Both the position numbers and the translations under genes were made by a program. The notes under the pieces were generated by a model. The model did not search any database. It had not been told where the DNA came from and worked only from the letters and a program-made list of their open reading frames with translations. Of a DNA stretch of 64,000 nt, positions 35,784-47,700 are shown in pieces (positions within the stretch are counted from its first letter, which is position 1; every line of letters starts with the position of its first letter). Origin of the DNA: Podarcis muralis (lineage: Eukaryota); NCBI RefSeq assembly GCF_964188315.1, contig NC_135670.1:1240001-1304000 (forward strand), read 5' to 3'.

Positions 35784-38700
35784 CTGGAAAACAAAAATAA
35801 ATTTAGCTTCCAAGGCAAATGACATTGTTCCTTCCTCCTTCCCTGCCTATGAACTTGAGGAGACAGCAGCAGCGGGGAGGAGGTCTATGGGCTTCCTTCT
35901 TTCTTGGATCAGGCCCCTGCGGCAATTCTTCCACCAGTCCTGTGCTCACTCCCCAGGCCATCCTGCTGCCCTCTACCAGGTTCCACATATCCACCTCATT
36001 CTGACAACTTGAGGTGGGACACTCTCTGCCCTCACTGTCATTTCCCCCGAGCAACCCTCTTCTGGGTGATCTTTGTCCTCCCCCAAGGCATTCCTGCACC
36101 CCTCCCTTTGCTGGCACCCTCTTCCATGCCCTCTGTGTATGGCCAATCTGACCCATGGCAATACAGTCATACCTTGGCTCTCAAACAGAATCTATTCCGG
36201 AAGTCTGTTCAATTTCCGAAAATGTTCAAAAACCAAGGCACGGCTTCTGATGGGCTGCAGGAGTTTCCTGCACTCATTCGGAAGCCGTGTCAGCCGTGTC
36301 AGATGTTTGGGTTCCAAAGAACGTTTGCAAACCGGAACACTCACTTCCAGGTTTGCGGTATCCGGGAGCCAAAACCTTTGAGTTGCAAGGCGTTCGGGAT
36401 CTGAGGTACGATTGCGTTTAACTGCATACTATCAGCCAAATCCATACAATTTAAGAATCAGGGAAATTAGTTTCTGACATGCATGTACTGGATCATACCT
36501 GATGGAGTCTATAAATACTGTCCAAAACATCTCTTACCTTCCTTGTTGGAAATCTTTCCTTCTGAACATGGGAGACAATCATAGCAGCAAGATGGCTTCC
36601 CTTCCTTTTTGGCACGACTATAACCAAAGTGGCAGTTCTGATTGCACAGAGAAGCAGGTCGTGACTGTTTATTTTTAAGAGAGAGGGAGAAGAGAGAGAA
36701 GTTAGGTAGTTCATGTCTCACAGGCCCATCCAAGAAACCTGCAGTTTAGAAATCAGTTGGTGTAAAGAAAAATAACAGAAGTTTTGAGTGAGGGTTCCTT
36801 TTAATGCAACCACCACAATACTGGACAGAGTGTTGGAACCTCTGTCATTAGAAACCCATAACCATGTTAATTATTATGTTGTTATCAAAATGTTTAGAAT
36901 AACACTGAAGATTCAGGATAAAGACATTCTCTTTTAGCAATATTGTTAATGTACTAGGGCTGTGCGAGGACCTCTGGAACCTGATCTGTGGCTCCAGTCT
37001 GTAAATCTTACCTGATTTATAGCCTCGTTTGGATCATGATCTGGATTTTACATACCTCCGGAAATCCCTTTGACTTGCATTGTGAAGCAAAATGGGCACT
37101 AATTTCTTGTTTATTTGACATAGTGCCATGAAGGCTGGGGACACTGAAGTCCCTACAAGGGGATTCACCCTCCCAAATTCCAGGTGGGTCACTCCAGGGG
37201 CTTCCATGCTAGTCCCCTTTAAAAATCCATTAAAAATAAAATATTACAAAGACCATGTGTCAGAGCTGCCCGAGGTCCCAGCTCACAAAGGACCAACGCC
37301 AGTTCGTTTTTATATACAAAAGTCTTTATTGAAGTTCAGTTTCACTTTCACAGCCGCGGCGCGCAGCTCTACGTCTCAAACTCTAGACCGTTGCACTGCT
37401 CCTGTCACTGCTTCCCCCTTCGGGGAGGCTAGCTGGACCTGACCTCCCCTCCGTTCCCCCACTCTCCGATAGAGGCGTGGTCAGCCCTGACTCATCTTCT
37501 CTCCCTGCTGGAGGAGACGCTGGCCCTGACACATGGGACTCTTCCCCCCCACTACGCTCTGGTGGGGAAGCTGGTCCTGATCTCCCGCTGCTGCTTTGGG
37601 AGTCCACGCTGGCCCCTTGTTTCTGGTGCGTCCCCCCTGGGACCCCCCCTTGCCCTGACCATCGGCGCCCCCTTCTGGGAATCTTCTGATTCGCTGGAGA
37701 AGCTCATGGAATCTCTCGGGTCACTGTCATTCTCCCCTCTGCTGCCCTCAGATTCTTCCCCTTCGCTCTCCATTTCCTCTCTCTCCTGTGCCTCTGCTCC
37801 TGAGCCCCTGACATCCATCCCCTCTCGAAGCCCCCCCTTCCCCCCTCCCCCTCTTCGGGTGCGGGTTCCGGGTGCTCCAGTGCTGTGGGGGTGAGTGCGG
37901 GATACCGTTCTTTCCCCCTGGTGTGCAGCCGGCCAGCGGGATCCGGCCAGCCCGTAATGGGCTCGTCGACGTCGATCTCCTCTGCTTCCATCTCTCTGCA
38001 GTTGTGCTCGAACCCAGGATCCTCCCCCAACACGTCCATGTCCTTCCCTCCCCCTGTTACCTCGGGTGATGCTGCGTGTAAGGGCCCCCTCAGCAGTTCC
38101 CTGCTCCACCCCACCTCCGGTTGATTGTCCCACCAATAAGAGCGGTCTGTGACAAACCCCGAGAGTGATCCCTCTGGGGAGCTTGTTTCTGGCGCCGTTT
38201 CCTCAGCTGATGAGAACCCCTGGAACGTACTGGCTGAAAGTGTGGGTGTGAAAAGCCAGTCGTCGAAATAATCTGCCGGCATCGGTCTGTGTGGGAAGAG
38301 TGCATTGAACTCATCTTTGAGGTAGTGCTCCTCCACGGCATAGTACGGTACCCACCTGTTGGTGCTGGCCGGGGTACCTTCCCTGGCGAGGAGATATTCA
38401 ACTCCCTCTTCCCCCCATCTCGAGTCTAAAATCTCCGTGACCTCGTTGAGTGGTGCCGCCCTCGGTGACCCCTCCCCTGTTGGCGATTTGCTGAGTGGGT
38501 CTGGTGCGTTCCCTGGCGCCTGAAACCTGTGGGGTTCCTTGTAGGGTGTGAGCACTGACCTATGAAAGACCGGGTGCATTCTGGAGCCCTCCGGAAGTGT
38601 CAACCGGAAGGCCACTGGATTGATTTGTGCCTCGACTTGGTAAGGCCCTAGCTGCTTGTGTCTGAGCTTCTTCTTAGCTAACGTTCTGGCCGGCACTGCC

Positions 38701-41700
38701 TGGGCTGCTAACCAGACCCAGTCCCCCACCTGGATGTCTTCCCCAACTCTCCTGTGCCTGTCTGCCTGCATTTTGTAGGCGTGTTTTGCGAGTTCCAAGT
38801 GCCTTCGGAGTTGCTCGTGGACCTCCTGTAACTCTGCTGCCAAGTGCTCTGCTCCCCGTGGCTCCCCCTCCCCCTTCGTCTCTAACCCCGGGAAGGTTCT
38901 GGGATGCCGCCCATTGTTGGCGAAGAATGGTGTCACTCCTGTAGACCCGTGCTTCGTGTTGTTGTAGGCAAACTCGGCCAGCGGTAGGTAGTCCACCCAG
39001 GTCGAGGGCTGTTGATTCGCATAGCATCGCAGGTACTGCTGCATGATGGCGTTGACCCTCTCCGCTTGTCCGTTGGTCTGCGGGTGTCGTGCCGACGCTA
39101 AGTTGATCTTGACGTTCAGGATGCCCAGCAGCTTCTGCCAGAAGCTCGAGATGAATTGGCGCCCCCGGTCGGACAGGATGGACCGTGGTAAGCCGTGAAC
39201 TTTGAACACGTGGTCTATGAACAGCTTGGCGGTCTGTTCCGCTGTGGCCACCTTCGCGCAAGGAATGAAGTGCGCCATCTTGGTGAACAGGTCTACGACC
39301 ACGAGTACCGCTGTTTTGCCTCGCGAGCTGGGCAGATCTGTGACAAAGTCCAGGGCCACTTTCTCCCACGGTTCGAGCGGCGTCTGTAGCGGTTCCAGCA
39401 GTCCCGCCGGCTTTCTGTGTACTGGTTTGGCCCTTTGGCATGTGTCACACCTAGAGACGTAATCCGTGACTTCTCCCCTCATCTTGGGCCACCAAAAGTC
39501 TCTGGCTACTAATTCCGCCGTCTTGTCCTTGCCGAAGTGCCCAGCGCTGGGCGCGTCGTGTAACTGTTGCAGGACTTTCGCACGGAGGTCGTCTCCCGGC
39601 ACGTAGAGAGCCCCTTTGCGGATGAGCAGTCCGTCGCGTATCTGGAACTCGTCGTCCTTCGCTGTGCCTCTTCGCACCTCCTCCATCTTGGATTGTGCGA
39701 ACGAATCCGTCTGCAGCGCGCGACGTACCGCGTCCAGGTCCACGGTGGCTGACGCGCACGCCCACGCTTTCAGTGCGAAAATGTGTTTGGCCGCCACCGG
39801 TGCCGCTTCCTCGAGATACTGCGGCTTCCTGGATAGTGCATCCGCCATGACGTTGTTGTCTCCCGGGATGTATTCTATCCGGAAGTCGAAATCCGCAAAG
39901 AACTCCGCCCAGCGGATGTGTCTCTGGTTCAGGAACTGCGCCGTGCGCCAGTACTCCAGGTTCTTATGGTCCGTGCGGACCTGCACTGTGTGTCTGGCTC
40001 CGATGAGGAAGTGCCGCCACGCCTTGAAGGCTGCATGAATGGCCAGCAACTCCCTGTCCCAGATGGTGTAGTTCTGTTCCGACTTGCTGAGTTTCCTGGA
40101 GTAGAATGTGCATGGCCTCCAGTCCCCTTGCGGATCTTGCTGCAACAGGACCGCCCCCACAGCTCTGTCCGAGGCGTCCGTTTCAACCCTCATTGGTTTG
40201 CTGGGGTTTACGTGTAGCAGCTGTTCTTCGGATGCGAAGAGACGCTTGAGTCTCTGAAAGGACTGCTCCGCCTGGTCTGTCCAGGTGAACTTCTTCTTCT
40301 TGGAGCTGAGGGTGTCCGTGAGGGCCGCCGTCTCCATCGCGAACCCCTTGATGAACTTGCGATAAAAGTTGGCGAAGCCAACGAACTTCTGGACCTCCTT
40401 CCGATTGCGCGGGCTCTTCCAGTCCAACACCGAGCGGACCTTGGTGCTGTCCATGGCGAGTCCCTTGTCGGACAGCTTGTAGCCCAGGAAATCCACCTCC
40501 GTCATGTTCAACTGGCACTTCTCCAGTTTGGCGTAAAGTCTGTGCTCCCGTAGTCTCTGCAGGACCTCCTTGACATCTCCCTCGTGAGCCTCCTGCGATT
40601 CCGAGAAGATCAGGATGTCGTCTAGGAAGCAGACGCACGTCTTGTAGAGGAGTCCCGCTAACACGTGGTGCATGAAGGCTTGGAAACAATGGGAGCCATT
40701 TTGCAGACCAAACGGCATAACTCCATATTCATAGGTGCCTAAAGGCGTAAACATGGCCGTCTTCCACTCATCGCCCTCCCGCATGCGTATAAGGTTGTAC
40801 GCCCCTCGTAGATCCAACTTGGTGAAGATTCGTCCCTTCCTCACCGTCGCGAGCAGGTCGTCGATCTTGGGCATGGGGAATGCTGTGGGCTTTGTCCTGG
40901 AATTTATGATTCTGTAATCAACTACCAGCCTCCGTTGGGGCGTGTCTTTCTTCTTCACGAAAAACATGGGACTGCCCCCCACTGCTCTGGATTCTCGGAT
41001 GAATCCCCGCTTCAAGTTGTGATCTATGAACTCCCTGAGTTCTTGCAGTTCGTCTTCAGACATGGAATACAGTTTTCCAGTCGGCAGCGTCGCCCCCGGC
41101 AGGAGGTCAATCTTGCAGTCGTAGGGCCTGTGGGGAGGCAGCTTGTCCGCTTCCTTCTCGCAGAAGACCTCCAAAAACGCCTTGTACTTGTTGGGTACCG
41201 CTTGCACCATGCCTAAGTGTAGCTGTGGTTCATCCTCTTGCCCCTCCTCTTCCTGGCTGGTCCGGATGCAGTGTTCTGCGCAGTAGGAGGAGCAGAAGGT
41301 CAATTGCCGCTGGTACCATGCTAATGCCGGGCTGTGCCTATCCAGCCAACTCATGCCCAACACTATGGGCGTGTCCGACAGGTGGGTGACGTTGAAGCTG
41401 ATGACTTCGCGGTGATTTCCAATTTGCATTACCATAGGCGGTGTTTGCTGTACCACCTGTCCTCCCAGTAGCTCTCTGCCATCGACTGTGACGATGTTTA
41501 GGGGCATTGTGGCTGGTAGGAGCGCTATGCGATGTTGCCTGATGAAGTCCACTCCTACAAAGTCTGCATTACTACCAGAGTCAATGGTAATAGGGACTTC
41601 CAGGGTGAGTCCATTGGGCAGCTGGAGCGATGCGGTGAGTTGCACCACTGGTTTGGGTGGGAGGGGGTCTGTGGGCTGTAAAATCTCTGGGGACTGCTTC

Positions 41701-44700
41701 ACTGACTCGCCTGGCTGGGCCCCAGTGCCTCTGCCTCCAACCAGGCTTCGTCGTTTCCCTGTAGCTGTTCCCCCTGCTGAACTGCTCCCCTTACTGTTGC
41801 TGAGGCTGCAGTGTGCCTCTGGATCCTCTGGGGACACTCTTTGGCCATGTGCTGCGCACTGTCGCAGATGTAGCACTTCCTGTTCCCTCTAGGAGCCTTC
41901 GCCTTGACTGCTCCTGGTGTTTGGGCTCTGGTCGCTGTCTGAGCCCTGGCACCACCTGTCTCCATCGGTTCTTCTCCCCCCTCCAGTGGAGGCGTGGATT
42001 GCGCGCGCCCTGTCTCTCTGGGTAGGAAGGGAGTTGTTCTGGCTGGTGTGCGCCCCAAGCTTCCCTCATCCCTGCTCCAAGGGCGTTCTTCCAGTCGCAC
42101 CCCTATTGCCAGCGCTCTCTGGACGACTTCTGTGGTGCTGTTAGGTCTCTATCCCCTCGCCAGCTCATCTTTCACGGCCCCATTTAGTCCCTCCCAGAAC
42201 AGATCCCTTACGGCAGCGGAGTCCTTCTCCCAGCCCAGCACATTTACTAACGCAAAAAAAGCGGGAGTGATATTGTCTCACAGTGGCTTTGCCCTGCTTC
42301 AGCCCATGCATTTCCCTCCTGGCCACATCCACATCTACCGTTGATTTAAAACAATCGTCCATAGCCTTGATAAATGCTTTTGAATCTTGGAGGGCGGGAT
42401 CATTTTCGCGCCATAAATTGCGCAGCCACGATTTAGCTTCCCCATGCAGATGAGTTATTATGAAGCCCACTTTCTCCTCCTCATCTCTAAAGTCTTTCCG
42501 AAGCAAATTGAGCGCGAAAACTATGTCTGCTCTGAAGTTAGGATACTGCTGCAGGTTCCTGTCGAAGTGCGCTACGATGCTGCCCCCCCTCTTCCCGAGG
42601 CCAACTCCCTCCGGCTTGGGTCCTGGCAGCCCCTCTTTGCCCAAACGTTCCCACCTGGTCCGCAGATCCTGGCAGAGCGCTACAGCTTCTTCCTCTCTCT
42701 TTCTGGATGCTGCTACTTCTGCGTAAAGCGTCGTGACTGCTTCTTGCAGCTCTTTCACCTTCTCCTCTGTAGTCATCTTTGCCTATCTTCGTGAGCTCGC
42801 AAAACACCAAGTTTTGCCCCTCGCTGCGCCAGCTCAATTCTATCATAAAGGGTTCAATTCTATCATAGAGACAGAGCTTACTGTCAGAGCTGCCCGAGGT
42901 CCCAGCTCACAAAGGACCAACGCCAGTTCGTTTTTATATACAAAAGTCTTTATTGAAGTTCAGTTTCACTTTCACAGCCGCGGCGCGCAGCTCTACGTCT
43001 CAAACTCTAGACCGTTGCACTGCTCCTGCCACTGCTTCCCCCTTCGGGGAGGCTAGCTGGACCTGACCTCCCCTCCGTTCCCCCACTCTCCGATAGAGGC
43101 GTGGTCAGCCCTGACTCATCTTCTCTTCCCGCTGGAGGAGACGCTGGCCCTGACACATGGGACTCTTCCCCCCCACTACGCTCTGGTGGGGAAGCTGGTC
43201 CTGATCTCCCGCTGCTGCTTTGGGAGTCCACGCTGGCCCCTTGTTTCTGGTGCGTCCCCCCTGGGACCCCCCTTGCCCTGGCCATCGGCGCCCCCTTCTG
43301 GGAATCTTCTGATTCGCTGGAGAGGCTCATGGAATCTCTCGGGTCACTGTCATACTCCCCTACGCTGCCCTCAGATTCTTCCCCTTTGCTCTCCATTTCC
43401 TCTCTCCCCTGTGCCTCTGCTCCTGAGCCCCTGACACCATGAGTGCTCAATTCTGCAACTTCTCATACTCATGTGTTTGCCCAGTTTCTTACACCAAGTA
43501 TTTGAGAACCTTTGTGTTTATCTTTTTAAAAACCTGGAGATTAATGGGCAGGCAGCAGCCCACTTGGTAGGATAACAAAAGTCAGGGGTCTTCTGAGGGG
43601 CAAATTGTCAGCAAAGAGAAAAAGTAAAATATTCATTGAAGTCGCAGTAGAGACCCTATCATAGCATTGGCTGATTCAGGAAAAATACCCAATGCCTATG
43701 CCAAAGCCGGCCTAAAACTGTAATCAATAAAGTTGTGGCCATTTAGATCACAAGCCATTGTCATTCCATTTTTGCAGCATCTGCACTTCCAAACTCCTCC
43801 CACCGGTGACCTCTGGCCCGCTGCACTTGGGTTAAAAAATAAAATGGTGTAACACCACTAGGATGCAGAAAACAAGCTGGGTCCTTAATAGTTTGAGTTC
43901 CTCACTTGAAGCTTTATAAATTTATATATTGTAACATCACGAATGGAAATCATTAATTATGTAGCTGTTGACTAAGGGATTATTATTATCATAACTGAAA
44001 TGTAACCAACATTAATTGAGATTATGGAACGCAGTGATATGAGATCGGAAACGCACCCAAACCATTATGGGGGGAGCCACTTTAACGAAAACGTATTAAT
44101 TGGAAGTTGATTGGCACTTTGATAATTGTATTATTTGGGAATGAATTGATAATTGTTATAATTTGGCTATTATTGGGGGTATATTGGAAAACTAATAAAA
44201 ATTATTTTAAAAAGCAAGTGAGCTGTGTCCTTCTGATATTTTGTTGTGAGAAACTATAAATGCAGCAACAACAGCAACAATGATTAGCAGTGAGAAAATT
44301 TTAAAACACAGCAAAAAAAAATTTAAAAAAAGAACACACAGAAGGATAGGACTGGGATTGACTGGGAAAAGATAGAAAATAAACCCCTTCAGTGTCACAC
44401 TGCCCAGCATGTGATTGGAGAGTGTTGGGTGGGGTCTCCACCTAGGCGTTCTCCTTATCTTCAATTATAATTAACAGTTGCCACATTTCAGAGACATTCT
44501 GCTCTTAAAAGGGGCTGCTCTGAGGTACAAAATGGCACAGATTTCTACAAACTGATTTTGGATGTGCTGGTCCACCCTGTAGTGATTTGTAGCTGCTTCA
44601 ACCCTATCAGGACAGGACACCAATTGGCCTGAATGGGCCTGGTTCTGTTTGGGAGTTGGCTGAATCTGCTGCACAGCCAATTATATCACACCATAGAATT

Positions 44701-47700
44701 GTTGGAAGGGATCCCAAGGGTCATTTAGTTGAACCCCCATATGTTAGTAAAACAGGAATTAGACAACCTATTCAGTTCCTTTGAATATCAAGAAGGGATA
44801 GCCCCAAAGCTTCCTGAATGCTTTCATCAAAATCAATCCTTGTCCCTCTGTCCAATGTGTTGAGCTCTTGTTTGATCCTGATGTATTCCTCATCAATATT
44901 GGAATCATTACTTTGGAAGATGATCTAGATTGGTGCTGTGGTCCCAGATCTCCCAGCCACATTTAATTTAACTGTGAGGGATATCTGTTTTAGGGTTTAA
45001 CCAGTGAAACATTTATTGACCATTGAGGAAATGAATGGAGAATCCCTGGAGTGGACTTTACCTGGTTGAACCTGTTGGGCCACACAATGGCATCATAATC
45101 CAAGCTGAAGCCTTCTTCCGAGGCAACCTGTGTGTCCATTGCTCCAACTTTGACTCTGATAAAGGACTCATTTGGCAACACAACCCAATTGATTATATCA
45201 AATCCAGTAATTAATTCCCCATTTTGGTCAAGGGAAACTTTCCCCCCAACACTATTGTTAAAAGAGACTCTTCTCAGAATTTTGTGGAGCTAGATCAAAG
45301 GGAGAATAAAAAATGGAATTCATAACGATTTGTTGAACAATTTACATTTACAAGAAGTTGATTACATTTCACATGTGAGGGCTATGGTTCATTGTTCTTT
45401 AAAAGACTATGCAGGTTAATCTTTGTCATTTTTGTATCAGGGACTTATTAGAAATGGAAATGCTCTTTGGAGAGTATTTTTAGCACTAGGAAAATGATAT
45501 GAAATCTTAAATTCAATCTGTCCACTGAGATCACAGCACTCAAAACAGTTAAATATCAGAGGATATACAAAAAAAGTGGGAATGATATGAATTGTTTTTA
45601 GAAAGAAACCAGAGCACTCCATGTCTTAGCAGTGATATGCATTTATTATAATATTTTTTATCCCACCTGCACAACTCTCAAAGCAGTTAACACCATAGGG
45701 TGCAAAATAACATAAAATGACATAAAACAAGTTCTAGATACTCACAGATATAGTAACCTTTTTTAGTTTAGGGTTGCCATATTTCAAGCCATTAAAATCT
45801 GGACAAAACAATTGTTTTGGGAGCAAAGTTGTTGAGCTTTTTTGGCAAAATTGCAGGAAAAAAACTACCATTTTTGAGCTATTTTTATGGAAAATCAGCA
45901 AAAACGGCACTGCTGACATTGGACCGATTACTTAGAAATTTGACCAATTTCCGCCCACACACTGCTGCTGGCTGCAGTATTCTGTATATGTCTGGGAAAA
46001 TCTGGACATATGGCAACCCTATGTTGGACTCTCTCATTACCTGCCAGGAGCGTAGACTTAGGAAATCCCATTTCTCTTTTTCTGCCATTGCTCTGTATTT
46101 TATTGTGTGGTGATGCATAGCATTCAGAGCATGTGCAAGAGCATATAGAGCATTGTAGACGGCATAGCTGTGGCTACTTGTCTTCATTTCAAAAACAGAT
46201 GCAGGAAGGTCCTCCAGCTTCTCCTCCCCAGTGCAACATTTGTTGTGTGCTTTCTCTAGAGATGGATGAGGGAAAACACATTCAAATGCTGCTTCCCAGA
46301 AGTCTCTGATAAAGCCATCTTCAACTTCCAAGTTAGGATTTCTCATCTGAAGAAATTTCTGGAATCCAGGAATCTCCTTTGAGTGGACTGCAAAGGATAG
46401 AGCTCCATGGAAGACTTGTACGTCCAAATATTTCACAAATGAACACGAAGCGAAATCCATCTGGGCTGTCATAACCCAGACCTTTGTCTTGGATTGCATT
46501 GGTATATCATCTGTTCCTTGAAGCTTGAGCATGGCCCGCATTACCATCATGGTATGAATTTCACCATTCACAAGCACAACATTGGCAGTGCTTTCCATAA
46601 TAATATCCAATGCTTTTGAACCTTCCTCAAGTGTTTCATAAAACTCACTGGAAAATGTTAGTTTAGGAAATGTTTCTTGAAAAGCAACGCAAATGCCTCT
46701 CTCGGCAAACATGGGAAGAACATTTTGTACAAACATCTCTCCAGTGTCGTCTTTGAGAGATAACACCCCAATCCATATCCATCTGAAATGCAGCAGGAGC
46801 TGGAGAATCCCCTTATATTGATGAGACCCCTTTGGGAACATCTGATGGAGAAAAGCTCCTTGGATGTTGCTATTTGTCACAGGAGAAGAGCCGTAGATGA
46901 GCTAAAGAGGATAATTTTTAAAAGAGGGAAGTGTCACAACATTAAGATATCAGGTTTCAACAAAACTAAATATTTTGGGGCTTTTTTCCTTTGATTAACG
47001 TTTATGGACAAGAAGGTCCCCTGCCCCCCCAAAATAATTCCATTAGGTTAATAGAATTAGAAGGGAGTGGTTTTGGAAAAGTATTGATTTAAGTGACTTT
47101 TAGTTATACAAGGCAGGTGGGTGTATATATATCAATTCATAGAAAACATCAAAGAATTTTACAAAAACTGGACATAATAACTATACCATAAAAACCCTAC
47201 AAAAAAAGAGTTAACATCAGAAATCAGGCAACTATGGTAGAAAGATGGACTCTTCATTGCCTACGTAAAACTGATGGTATATAAAACTTTTCAGCAGACA
47301 TTTACAAGTTGAAGCAGAAGACAACTGCTAAGTCCCTGTTGACTTCTGTGGAGAATGTGGCAAAAATTTTCAGTGACGCCATGAAATTACGCCCCTATAG
47401 ATCTTTAGAGCCAGCTTTGTTTCTCACATTGTCTGGATGGTTTTATCCCAAAGTACCTCCTACTATGTTTTGTTACCTGTGTTGTGTTCGGATCCATATA
47501 TGCAATGCACTCTTTTTACGCCAATAAAGGAGATTGGGTTGAATTGAATTGAGTCAATACTGTGCAAATCACTAAAAGCTTGGTTTCTTGTGGTAGTCAA
47601 ATGAGCCTTGTCAACTCATGGAATGACAAGAGATGCTCCTGCATATGATCTTAGTGATTGAGCTGAGATATAAGGGTTCAGGCAGTCCTTGAGGTACCCT

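Larger units (their letters stand above)
37258..43436 (-). mobile_element. Ty3/Gypsy LTR retrotransposon, chromovirus (Tf1/sushi-like), 6179 bp
   Basis: Two LTRs (37258-37813, 42882-43436; TG...CA), 5-bp TSD ccatg, PPT next to the 3' LTR, gag + PR-RT-RH-IN-chromodomain order. Confidence 0.96.

Noticed and set aside
38674-41892. Alternative-frame and antisense ORFs inside the Gypsy element (e.g. 38674-39441, 255 aa; 40183-40689)
   Set aside because: Expected in GC-rich pol sequence; no recognisable motifs and no independent support.
43700-44215. Possible L1 3' UTR with poly(A) signal (similar at about 47000-47520)
   Set aside because: AATAAA plus an A-rich end is present but no TSD or coding remnant supports it.
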